Shown: positions 8,862 through 16,826 of the stretch, in pieces
Numbering within the stretch: position 1 is the first letter of the stretch
Layout of the letters: the number at the start of each line of letters is the position of its first letter
Origin: an uncultured Alphaproteobacteria bacterium
GTDB lineage: Bacteria > Pseudomonadota > Alphaproteobacteria > HIMB59 > GCA-002718135
Reading direction: 5' to 3'
NCBI GenBank assembly: GCA_902576125.1
Contig: CACGUF010000003.1
Coordinates: 35,311-99,310 of the forward strand
Length of the DNA stretch: 64,000 bases
Position numbers and translations under genes: made by a program
The notes under the pieces: generated by a model
The model's input: the letters and a program-made list of their open reading frames with translations, nothing else
Databases searched by the model: none
What the model was told of the DNA's origin: nothing

Positions 8862-10040
8862 ATGTATAGTGGCATGACACCAAAAGCTTTGGAATGGCAA
8901 TTAAAGATAAAAAAATTTGTTAATGATGAATTAATTCCTTGGGAGGTGCATGCAGAAAAAAATGAAGGTGAGTTACCCAAGGAAATTGAAAAAAAACATC
9001 GGGAGATTGCTATTTCACTAGGTTTGCCGGGTATGGGTATTTCAAAAGAAAGCGGAGGCTTAGGATTAAATATGTTTGAACAGATGATAGTTTGGGAACA
9101 ATTAGGCCGAGTTACAAATGCATTATGCTGGTGTTTTTCAGAAGCTCAGGATTGGATGGAAAATAATTTTACTGATTATCAAAAAGAAAATTATTTTAAA
9201 CCACTTTTAAACGGTACTAAAAAAGAATGTTATGCGATTACTGAAAAAGGCGCTGGTTCAGATGTGGAAGGCTCAATTGAAACAACAGCAGAAAAAAAGG
9301 GAGATCAATATATTATTAATGGCGAAAAATGGTATGTTACAAGTGCAAATCTAGCTGATTTTTTCTTTTTACAGGCAAAAATTAAATCTGGCTCAAATAA
9401 GGGTAAGCATTCACTATTTATAATTGATAAGGATGAGAAAGGAATTGAGTTAATAGATAGCCCTAAGTTTAGTCATACATATGCTCATCATCATTCTATT
9501 TATAGGTTTGATAATGTTTCAATTTCAGATAAAAACATAATTGGGAATGAAGGTATAGGGATGGATTATACACATTCCTGGTTTAGGCATGAAAGACTAG
9601 GTATAGCTGCAAGATGCTGCGGGGCTGCTCAAAGATTAATTGATGAAGCAACAATTTTTGCAAAAGAAAGAGAATCTTTTGGTGATAAAATTTCAAACTA
9701 TCAAGCTATACAATTCATGTTAGCAGATAGTGTAAATGAATTAGCCTCAACCAGATTAATGCTTTATGAGGTTTGTAAAGCTCATGATGCAAAACAAGAC
9801 GTTAAAATTTTACATGGAAAATGTTCTATGATTAAATTACTTGCATCTGAAATGGCTAATAGAATTGCTGATCGTGCAGTGCAGATTTTTGGTGGAAGAG
9901 GATATATGAGAGAAAATGTTGCAGAACGTTATTATAGAGAATTAAGAGTGGACCGTATTTGGGAAGGAACAAGTGAAATTCATAGAATTATTATTGCAAA
10001 TTCTCTTTATAAAAGAGGTTTGAAATCTTTAATTGAATAA
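8862..10040 (+). CDS. Acyl-CoA dehydrogenase family flavoprotein (second copy)
   Basis: 392 aa. Motifs: CYAITEKGAGSDV, YIINGEKWYVTSA, SFGDKISNYQAIQFMLADS, RIWEGTSEIHRIII. It starts 2 nt after the tetR stop, so it is probably co-transcribed. Confidence 0.9.
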   Translation: MYSGMTPKALEWQLKIKKFVNDELIPWEVHAEKNEGELPKEIEKKHREIAISLGLPGMGISKESGGLGLNMFEQMIVWEQLGRVTNALCWCFSEAQDWMENNFTDYQKENYFKPLLNGTKKECYAITEKGAGSDVEGSIETTAEKKGDQYIINGEKWYVTSANLADFFFLQAKIKSGSNKGKHSLFIIDKDEKGIELIDSPKFSHTYAHHHSIYRFDNVSISDKNIIGNEGIGMDYTHSWFRHERLGIAARCCGAAQRLIDEATIFAKERESFGDKISNYQAIQFMLADSVNELASTRLMLYEVCKAHDAKQDVKILHGKCSMIKLLASEMANRIADRAVQIFGGRGYMRENVAERYYRELRVDRIWEGTSEIHRIIIANSLYKRGLKSLIE

Positions 10041-10061
10041 ATAAGGAGCTGAAAAAAAATT

Positions 10062-10946
10062 ATGATAAGTTTTTGGAGAAAAATTTATGCTAAAAATGAT
10101 AATGTTAAAGCCTATACTTTATTATCACCAGCTTTAATTTTAATTATTTTAGCTATGGTCGTACCAATGGTACTAATGTTGAGCTTTAGTATGTTTACTC
10201 AAGTTAACATGATGGAGATAGACTATACTTTTACCTTTCAAAGATATATTGATTTCTTTCAAAAAAAATTGCTTGTCACACTTCTCATAAAGTCTATTAA
10301 AATATCATTTCTTGTAACTTTAATTACTCTGATCACAGCATACCCAGTTTGTTATTACATTGCTTTTTATGTTAAAAAAAACAAAATGTTGTGGCTTGTT
10401 TTGCTTACTTTGCCTTTTTGGACATCATATTTATTAAGAGTATTTTCTTGGAAGATTATTCTTGGAACAAAAGGAGTGATAAACTCTTCATTGATCAACG
10501 CTGGAATTCTTAACGAACCTCTGACATTTCTTATGTATTCAGAAACCGCAGTTGTTATTACCCTTACTCATGCATGGGCTGCATTTGCATTACTACCTTT
10601 ATATGTTTCTTTAGAAAAAATTGACTTTTCTTTTATTGAAGCTGGAAGAGATCTTGGATTATCTCGATTTGAAGTGTTTTGGAAAATTACATTTCCATTA
10701 TCGTTACCTGGTGTAATAGGTGCAATATTAATCATATTCATTCCAACAGTAGGTGATTATGTAACTCCAGCCTTACTTGGGGGAACTGATGGTCGTATGC
10801 TTTCGAATATGATCCAAGCTTACTTTGGAAAAATAAACAATATTCCTCTCGGTGCAGCTTCAGCTACAATTATGTTAACTACTGTTGTAATCATAACAAT
10901 CATTGTATCGAATGTAACAAAAAAACTTACACAAAGGTTAACTTAA
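10062..10946 (+). CDS. ABC transporter permease, PotB-like (spermidine/putrescine-type importer)
   Basis: 294 aa with about 6 hydrophobic spans and the EAA-type loop IEAGRDLGLSRFEVFWKITFPLSLPG. An AAGGAG lies upstream of the start. Confidence 0.85.
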   Translation: MISFWRKIYAKNDNVKAYTLLSPALILIILAMVVPMVLMLSFSMFTQVNMMEIDYTFTFQRYIDFFQKKLLVTLLIKSIKISFLVTLITLITAYPVCYYIAFYVKKNKMLWLVLLTLPFWTSYLLRVFSWKIILGTKGVINSSLINAGILNEPLTFLMYSETAVVITLTHAWAAFALLPLYVSLEKIDFSFIEAGRDLGLSRFEVFWKITFPLSLPGVIGAILIIFIPTVGDYVTPALLGGTDGRMLSNMIQAYFGKINNIPLGAASATIMLTTVVIITIIVSNVTKKLTQRLT

Positions 10947-10948
10947 AA

Positions 10949-11758
10949 ATGAACGAAAAAAATAATACATTATTAATTTACACCCTTCTTTATTTTGGTT
11001 TTCTGTATGTGCCAGTTTTATTCCTACCTATATTTAGTTTTAACGATGCAAATTATATGTCATTCCCTCTTGCTGGATTTACAACGGAGCACTATGAGGA
11101 AATGTGGTCAAAAAGAAATTTACATAAGGCTCTATGGGCGAGTATAAAAGTAGGAGTTGTTGCGAGTGTCATTAGTACAACAATTGCACTTTTTGCCGCT
11201 AAGGCATTTGCTCGATATAAATTTAGAGGGGAAAAGATTTCTTATGGAGGTATAATGATGCCATTTTTGATACCAGAAATTATTTTGGCTGTAGCTATAC
11301 TTATAATTTGGATCAATCTTGGATTTAAATTGGGGCTCGTACCAGTCACAATTGGTCACACTTTATTTTGTACACCTTTTGCAATGTTAATACTTATAGC
11401 CCGTATTGAAGGCTTTGATTTTTCACTTGAAGAAGCCTCTAGAGATTTAGGAGAGAATGCGTGGGGAACATTTTTTAGAGTGTCATTTCCATTATATTTG
11501 CCTGGGATAGTCGCAGCTCTTCTTCTCAGTTTCATAATTTCTTTTGATGAATTTATTCTTGCATTTTTTTTAACTGGGAGTGACGCAACATTACCTATGT
11601 ATATGTGGGGCCAAATGAGATTTGTTCAGAAGTTACCTCATGTACTGGCATTAGGAGCAGTAATTATTGTTTTTACTACTTTTATTGTTTTATTAGCATT
11701 CTGGTTAAGAAATGTTGGACAAGGTAAAGGAAAGAAAGATATAGCTGTGAAATTATAA
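10949..11758 (+). CDS. ABC transporter permease, PotC-like
   Basis: 269 aa with the EAA loop EEASRDLGENAWGTFFRVSFPLYLPG. It begins 2 nt after the preceding gene. Confidence 0.85.
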   Translation: MNEKNNTLLIYTLLYFGFLYVPVLFLPIFSFNDANYMSFPLAGFTTEHYEEMWSKRNLHKALWASIKVGVVASVISTTIALFAAKAFARYKFRGEKISYGGIMMPFLIPEIILAVAILIIWINLGFKLGLVPVTIGHTLFCTPFAMLILIARIEGFDFSLEEASRDLGENAWGTFFRVSFPLYLPGIVAALLLSFIISFDEFILAFFLTGSDATLPMYMWGQMRFVQKLPHVLALGAVIIVFTTFIVLLAFWLRNVGQGKGKKDIAVKL

Positions 11759-11764
11759 AAAATT

Positions 11765-12847
11765 ATGAATAATTCATTTATACAGATCAATAATATTTCA
11801 AAACACTTTAAAGAAGTGAAAGCAGTTGATGATGTTTCATTTGAGATTAAAGAAGGTGAATTTTTTTCTCTTTTAGGACCCTCTGGATGTGGCAAGACAA
11901 CATTGTTGAGATTATTGGCAGGGTTTGAATACCCTACATATGGGAATTTATTAATTGATGGCACAGATATTACTGCTTTACCTCCAGACAAAAGACCTAC
12001 AAATATGGTTTTTCAAAACTATGCGATTTTTCCTCATCTTAATGTTGAAAAAAATATTCAATTTGGACTTAGAAAACTTGACTTAAGTAATGATGAGATA
12101 GGTAATAGAGTTAAAGATGTTCTTACATTAGTCAAGCTAGAGGGCTATGAAGAAAGATTTAGCAATCAGCTATCAGGTGGTCAAAGGCAACGTGTTGCTC
12201 TTGCAAGAGCTTTAGTCAGGCAACCAAAAGTGCTATTATTAGATGAACCTCTTGGTGCTTTAGATAAAAAATTAAGAGATGAAATGCAATTAGAATTAAG
12301 AACTCTTCAAAAAAATATTGGAATTACTTTTGTATTTGTCACTCACGATCAACAAGAAGCTATAAGTATGTCAGACAGAGTTGCAGTTATGAACGATGGA
12401 AAAATTCAACAGCTATCAGCACCCAATGAACTTTATAAGAATCCAAAAAATATATTTGTAAGTGATTTTATTGGTGAAACGAATTTTCTTAAAGCGGAAA
12501 CTAAATCGAGTGATGGAGAATTCATCAATGTTTCAATTGAAGAATTGGGAGAATTTAAAATTAAAAATAATTTAAATATCGCAGCAAATTCTTCGAATGT
12601 TGTTTGTAGTGTTCGCCCAGAATCTATGATGATTTCAAAAGTGAAATCTGACTGGGATATTTGTCTTGATGCTAAGATTAGACAGACTTCATATTTAGGA
12701 GAAATGACTAGATTTTATGTTGAGGTGCAAGGAATTGATAAGACTATCACTGTTTCTTCGCAACATTTTGACAATCAATCTTTTGAAAATAACGAGTGCT
12801 TTATAAGTATTAGCTTAGAAGATATTTCTTTATTGAATAAAAAATAG
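11765..12847 (+). CDS. ABC transporter ATP-binding protein, PotA-like
   Basis: Walker A GPSGCGKTT, signature LSGGQRQRVALARAL, Walker B VLLLDEPLGALD, H-loop FVTHDQ, plus a C-terminal regulatory (TOBE-like) extension. Confidence 0.9.
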   Translation: MNNSFIQINNISKHFKEVKAVDDVSFEIKEGEFFSLLGPSGCGKTTLLRLLAGFEYPTYGNLLIDGTDITALPPDKRPTNMVFQNYAIFPHLNVEKNIQFGLRKLDLSNDEIGNRVKDVLTLVKLEGYEERFSNQLSGGQRQRVALARALVRQPKVLLLDEPLGALDKKLRDEMQLELRTLQKNIGITFVFVTHDQQEAISMSDRVAVMNDGKIQQLSAPNELYKNPKNIFVSDFIGETNFLKAETKSSDGEFINVSIEELGEFKIKNNLNIAANSSNVVCSVRPESMMISKVKSDWDICLDAKIRQTSYLGEMTRFYVEVQGIDKTITVSSQHFDNQSFENNECFISISLEDISLLNKK

Positions 12848-12877
12848 CCCGCTCTCAAAAAGAGAACAGGCTATTTT
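12841..12877. terminator. Hairpin between convergent genes (candidate bidirectional terminator)
   Basis: AAAATAGCC (12841-12849) pairs with GGCTATTTT (12869-12877). An inner TCTC/GAGA stem (12853-56 with 12862-65) encloses an AAAAA loop. The A- and T-tracts form the stem ends. The hairpin overlaps the potA-like stop codon (TAG 12845-47) and lies 20 nt from the binding-protein stop (12897). Confidence 0.5.
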
Positions 12878-12896
12878 GAGATAAATTAATTTCTGA

Positions 12897-13985
12897 TCAA
12901 CCGCCAGCAACCATTTCAGCCCATTGAGCTTCCATATAGTCAGTTACCTCATCTGAAGGCATCACAGAGAACATTCCATTTGAAAGGTGTTCTGCAGGAT
13001 TAGCCGCTACTCCACGTTCCGCTAATTCATCAGCAGTAATTGTGCTAAAGCCTTTCTTGTTTGAATGACCATAACCCCACTCACTTAATAAATAAGCTGA
13101 AGTTTCAGCACTAGTAGCTCCATTAATCATTGCATATGCTTTATCAAGGTCTGCACCTTTAACAATGGCAAGCCCACAAGCCCACGTCATTGTACCATTA
13201 GCAGGTTGCATCATTTTTGCACCAGCATTCCATGCAATTTCGTTCCATCCAAGAGCTACGTCTATTTCTTCGTTACCTAGCGCCTCTACCATTGAGGAAG
13301 TGTCTCCGAAGAATGCACGTATTTGTCCGTTATCTCTCATTTCACGGAACTTATTGATACCTTTATCAATAGCAGCTTTAGTTAATTGATCTTTTTCTCT
13401 GATATCAATTCCAAGATGATGCATCATTAAAAATAATGAGTCAGCAGCTGAGTCTAATATACCAACTTTACCTTTTACTCTTGGGTCTTCCATTAGATCA
13501 AAACTTTCATTATCAGCGTTCATCCATGGAATTCGATCAGCCATGTAAAATAAAGTAGTATCACCCCAATCGATAGGTGCAAAATAATTCTGACCATCAA
13601 CAATACCACTTGGTAGGTCTCTTACTTCAGGAAACATATCATCCCAGTGATCTATTCGAGAAGTGTCCAATGGTTCAAGTACTCCAGCTCTAACCCAACG
13701 AGCTATTTCACCTTGGCATGGCCAAGCTAAATCGACTTCAAAACCAGCTTTTAATTTTTGTAAACCTTCTTCAGCATCACCGAATGTTGAATATTCAGGT
13801 GACCCATGTTCTTCTACATATGTTCCAAATAGTCCATCATCATCATATCCGCCCCATAGAAAAACACTTCCAGGCTCATCAGCAAAAACCTTTGATGTGG
13901 TAAATAATCCGGTTATAAAAACCATCAATATTGCCACCCCTAAAGTTTTTACTAAAAAATTTTTAGTTTCATAGTATTTAGGCAT
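12897..13985 (-). CDS. Periplasmic substrate-binding protein, PotD/PotF-like (ABC importer, family 1)
   Basis: The N-terminus has a signal peptide (MPKYYETKNFLVKTLGVAILMVFITGLFTTSKVFA). The mature protein is acidic, rich in Trp and Gly, and poor in Lys. The ORF track starts at TTG 13997. I prefer ATG 13985, which is preceded by GGGGGT 4 nt upstream. It is convergent with potBCA. Confidence 0.8.
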   Translation of the reverse strand: MPKYYETKNFLVKTLGVAILMVFITGLFTTSKVFADEPGSVFLWGGYDDDGLFGTYVEEHGSPEYSTFGDAEEGLQKLKAGFEVDLAWPCQGEIARWVRAGVLEPLDTSRIDHWDDMFPEVRDLPSGIVDGQNYFAPIDWGDTTLFYMADRIPWMNADNESFDLMEDPRVKGKVGILDSAADSLFLMMHHLGIDIREKDQLTKAAIDKGINKFREMRDNGQIRAFFGDTSSMVEALGNEEIDVALGWNEIAWNAGAKMMQPANGTMTWACGLAIVKGADLDKAYAMINGATSAETSAYLLSEWGYGHSNKKGFSTITADELAERGVAANPAEHLSNGMFSVMPSDEVTDYMEAQWAEMVAGG

Positions 13986-14118
13986 TTTTACCCCCAATAA
14001 ATTTTAATTAATTGCTACATGAACAATAATTTGAGAAAATTTCAATAAAAAATAACAATTTTTATAAATTAGGTTTTAATTTATTTTTTTGAAACCATGG
14101 CTCTATTTGCTCTAATTG

Positions 14119-14320
14119 ATACCCTGCTTGGAAAACGGGTATATATCATCATAGGGATTTCCAACTATTTGTACTCCTGTAAGCACACCATTCTTAGCTA
14201 TGCTTGAACAGATTAATAATACTGGTAATCAATAGGGCATATTAAAAGGGTAAAACAAAGTTCATTTATCTTTAAATTTCAACAGCTGATATATAATGCA
14301 AAACTACAGATATTGCCCTA
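14119..14320. other. Candidate structured RNA or complex regulatory element inside a 380-bp intergenic gap (strand undetermined)
   Basis: GC is locally elevated compared with the flanking AT-rich spacer. Hairpin 1: ATACCC (14119-24) with GGGTAT (14137-42), 12-nt loop. Hairpin 2: AAGCA (14181-85) with TGCTT (14201-05). Long-range helix: TAGGGCATAT (14233-42) with ATAT(T)GCCCTA (14310-20), 10 bp with one bulge. Alternative pairing: TACCCT (14120-25) with AGGGTA (14247-52). All pairs are Watson-Crick, so the strand cannot be inferred. Confidence 0.3.
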
Positions 14321-14331
14321 ATTTAATTAAA

Positions 14332-14360
14332 TAGACATTCAATTTTTTTTTACATATAAT
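14332..14360 (+). promoter_or_regulatory. Candidate sigma-70-type promoter: -35 TAGACA (14332-37), 17-nt spacer, -10 TATAAT (14355-60); ATG at 14366
   Basis: The -10 is consensus, the -35 has one mismatch and the spacing is ideal. Only 5 nt separate the -10 from the start codon, which implies a leaderless or near-leaderless mRNA. The -35 overlaps a one-mismatch copy of the palindrome (TTAAAT-agac-ATTCAA, 14327-14342). Confidence 0.45.
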
Positions 14361-14365
14361 TTTTT

Positions 14366-15751
14366 ATGACTTTTAAAAATAGCAAAGTTTTAATTGCTAC
14401 AGCTGATGAATTTAATTCTTTTAAAGAAAAAAATCCAGAAATAAAATACATAGATGCTATTTTAAGTGATTTATCAGGAGTTATTAGAGGCAAAAGATTA
14501 CCTATTAATGATGCTGAAAAACTATTTAAGTCAGGAATTCAATTTTGTTATTCAACTTTTTTATTAGATGTTACGGGTTATTGTCCTGATGCAGCAGGAA
14601 GAGGTTTTACTGATGGAGATCCAGATGCAACTTATTTTCCTGTAGCTGGAACTTTAAAAAAAATGCCATGGCATAAAGATTCTTTAGGACAAGTGTTAAT
14701 CACAATTCAAGATGATTCACGATATAGCTCCATAATAGACCCAAGAAATGTACTAGCTAGAGTTTTAGATAGAACTGAAGATTTAAATTTACAATTTAAA
14801 GTTGCTTTTGAATTAGAATTTTATCTTTTTAAAAAAAGAAAAAATATTTCTGAAAAGCCAGAACCAGCAATATCAAACGAAACTAACAAACAAAGTGAAG
14901 GAACTCAAGTTTATGGAATGAGAGAATTAGATGAATTCTATGATTTTTTGGAAGATGTTAATGAATTTTGTAAAATACAAAATATTCCTGCATCAACTGC
15001 TTCATCTGAATTTGCCCCAGGTCAATTTGAAATAAATTTAAATCATACCAATGATATTCTGAAAGCAGCAGATGACTCAGCATTATTAAGAAGAGTAATA
15101 AAAGAAACTGCTATTAAGCATGGTTATGAAGCAAGCTTTATTTCTAAACCATTTATTGAGCAAACTGGGAGTGGTATGCATGTTCATATAAGTTTGTTTA
15201 ATGAAAAAAATCAAAATATTTTTTCCGGACCTAAAGAAGAAGGAAGTGAACAATTACATTATGCAATTGGTGGTTTACAAAAAACATTATATGATAATTT
15301 TTTAATTTTTGCTTCTAATGTAAATTCTTATAGGCGTTTTGAGCCTGATCAATTTGTTCCTGTAAACAATTCGTGGGGTCCTAATAATAGATCTGTAGCT
15401 TTTAGAATACCAAGAAGTGATGAAAAATCCAAAAGAATTGAGCATAGAGTAGCAGGAGCTGAAGCTAATTCTTATTTAGTTCTTTCTGCTATTTTATCAG
15501 GAATTCATTACGGTCTTATTAATAAAATATCTCCTACAAAATTTAGAATTGATAATGCTTGCACTGACCCTGATCCTGAAATGCCCAAATCTATCGACAA
15601 GGCTATTCAATTATTTGAAAACTCAAAATTTTGTATTGATTATTATTCAAAAGAATATGTGACAATGTTTTCTGATTTAAAAAGAAAAGAAATCGAATCT
15701 TTTCGTACTGAAATTTCCGATATTGAATATAAGTGGTATCTTAATCTTTAA
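14366..15751 (+). CDS. Glutamine synthetase-family ligase (gamma-glutamyl-amine/polyamine synthetase-like, PuuA/GlnA3-type), copy 1
   Basis: 461 aa. GS catalytic-domain signatures are present: GSGMHVHISL, NSYRRFEP, RIEHRVAGAEANSYLV. The N-terminal beta-grasp domain is also present. Confidence 0.85.
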   Translation: MTFKNSKVLIATADEFNSFKEKNPEIKYIDAILSDLSGVIRGKRLPINDAEKLFKSGIQFCYSTFLLDVTGYCPDAAGRGFTDGDPDATYFPVAGTLKKMPWHKDSLGQVLITIQDDSRYSSIIDPRNVLARVLDRTEDLNLQFKVAFELEFYLFKKRKNISEKPEPAISNETNKQSEGTQVYGMRELDEFYDFLEDVNEFCKIQNIPASTASSEFAPGQFEINLNHTNDILKAADDSALLRRVIKETAIKHGYEASFISKPFIEQTGSGMHVHISLFNEKNQNIFSGPKEEGSEQLHYAIGGLQKTLYDNFLIFASNVNSYRRFEPDQFVPVNNSWGPNNRSVAFRIPRSDEKSKRIEHRVAGAEANSYLVLSAILSGIHYGLINKISPTKFRIDNACTDPDPEMPKSIDKAIQLFENSKFCIDYYSKEYVTMFSDLKRKEIESFRTEISDIEYKWYLNL

Positions 15752-16610
15752 TTTCACCGTTAAGACTAAGTATTTCTTTATAAAGCTCAGGTCTTCTATC
15801 TCTAAAAAGTCCCCAATTTCTTCTGAATAAATGATTTTCTTCAGTATCTATTTCGGCTATTATAACTTCCTCTTTGTCTTTTGAAGCTTCAGCAATTATT
15901 TTGCCAGATCTATTACAAATAAACGACCTTCCATAAAATCCATTAACTTGACCTTTTACTGACTCTGAGCCAATTCTATTTGATGCAACAACAGGCATGA
16001 TATTTGCTGCTGCGTGACCCTGCATTACAGTCTGCCATGCATCAGAGCTATCATAAGTGCTCATTATTTCATCCCCAATAGCTGTAGGATAAAATAAAAT
16101 CTCCGCTCCTTTTAAAGCCATTATTCTTGCAGCTTCAGGAAACCATTGATCCCAACAAATCCCAATACCAATTTTACCATAAGTTGTGTTCCAAATTTTA
16201 AAACCAGTATCACCTGGATTAAAATAGTACTTTTCAAGATATCCAGCGCCATCAGGTATGTGTGACTTTCTATATTTTCCTAGTATTTTACCATCAGCAT
16301 CAATAACTGCTATAGAATTAAAATATGCATTATTATCTTTTTCAAAAAAACTGATAGGCAAAACAACTTTATGTTTTTTTGCGACGTCACTCATTTGATT
16401 TATTAAGGAATTATTTTCAAAAGGTTGGGCTAATTTGAATATTTCCTCATCATATTGAATACAAAAATAAGGAGTTTGAAAGAGCTCTTGTAATAAAATT
16501 ATATTCGCTCCTTGTTCTGCAGCTTTTTCAATTAAATGGATAGATTTTTTTATATTATTTTCAATTTCCCAATCACAAGTCATTTGAGTGGCCGCTACTT
16601 TAATTTTCAT
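15741..16610 (-). CDS. aguB: N-carbamoylputrescine amidase (nitrilase superfamily)
   Basis: 289 aa. The sequence reads KVAATQMTC...ILLQELF..YRKSHIP..GIGICWDQWFPEAAR (Glu-Lys-Cys triad context). The length and motifs are typical of CPA. Confidence 0.9.
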   Translation of the reverse strand: MKIKVAATQMTCDWEIENNIKKSIHLIEKAAEQGANIILLQELFQTPYFCIQYDEEIFKLAQPFENNSLINQMSDVAKKHKVVLPISFFEKDNNAYFNSIAVIDADGKILGKYRKSHIPDGAGYLEKYYFNPGDTGFKIWNTTYGKIGIGICWDQWFPEAARIMALKGAEILFYPTAIGDEIMSTYDSSDAWQTVMQGHAAANIMPVVASNRIGSESVKGQVNGFYGRSFICNRSGKIIAEASKDKEEVIIAEIDTEENHLFRRNWGLFRDRRPELYKEILSLNGEIKD

Positions 16611-16824
16611 TTTTTATTCTCTTTTTTTCTTCTAAGTAATTATTTAAACTTATAATTTTTTTGCTTGCATTAGTTTCGAATAAACCTGGTATTAAAGAGT
16701 GAATAAATGCCATCATTGAAGCTTTAAGTAATTGAAATGATATATTTTGAGCTACAAACATATGTTGAAAATAAGTTTCATTAGCATCAATGTAGTGTTT
16801 TTTTGATTTTTTAAACAAATTCAT
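16600..16824 (-). CDS. Small conserved-looking hypothetical protein (74 aa; resembles the alphaproteobacterial DUF6356-type family as I recall it)
   Basis: The preferred start is ATG 16824 (MNLFKKSKKHYIDANETYFQHMFVAQNISFQLLKASMMAFIHSLIPGLFETNASKK...), 2 nt after the aguA stop. Its 3' end overlaps the aguB start by 11 nt. The track ORF (to 16860) would overlap aguA. Confidence 0.5.
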   Translation of the reverse strand: MNLFKKSKKHYIDANETYFQHMFVAQNISFQLLKASMMAFIHSLIPGLFETNASKKIISLNNYLEEKKRIKNEN

Positions 16825-16826
16825 TG

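Noticed and set aside
12897-13985. I considered horizontal transfer of the binding-protein gene, based on its roughly 40% GC.
   Set aside because: Not asserted. Hand-sampled recA lines reach a similar GC (38-47%), so amino-acid composition or high expression can explain the shift. It is reported only as an observation to test.
14097-14207. A 37-codon ORF (MALFALIDTLLGKRVYIIIGISNYLYSCKHTILSYA) lies inside the long intergenic gap.
   Set aside because: It uses codons that are otherwise very rare in this window (CGG, CTG, GGG, ACC, TCC, CAC). It has no Shine-Dalgarno sequence or nearby -10 element. The same bases form the predicted helices, so the GC enrichment is better explained by RNA structure. 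It is kept only as an alternative to test with ribosome profiling or peptide data.
14327-14342. A one-mismatch copy of the palindrome (TTAAAT-agac-ATTCAA) overlaps the -35 of the GS-like gene promoter. I considered it as a third operator.
   Set aside because: It is not statistically supported on its own. My rough estimate expects about one such one-mismatch hit per 64 kb at this composition, and another lies in coding sequence at 1604-1619. It is mentioned within the regulon finding only because of its position.
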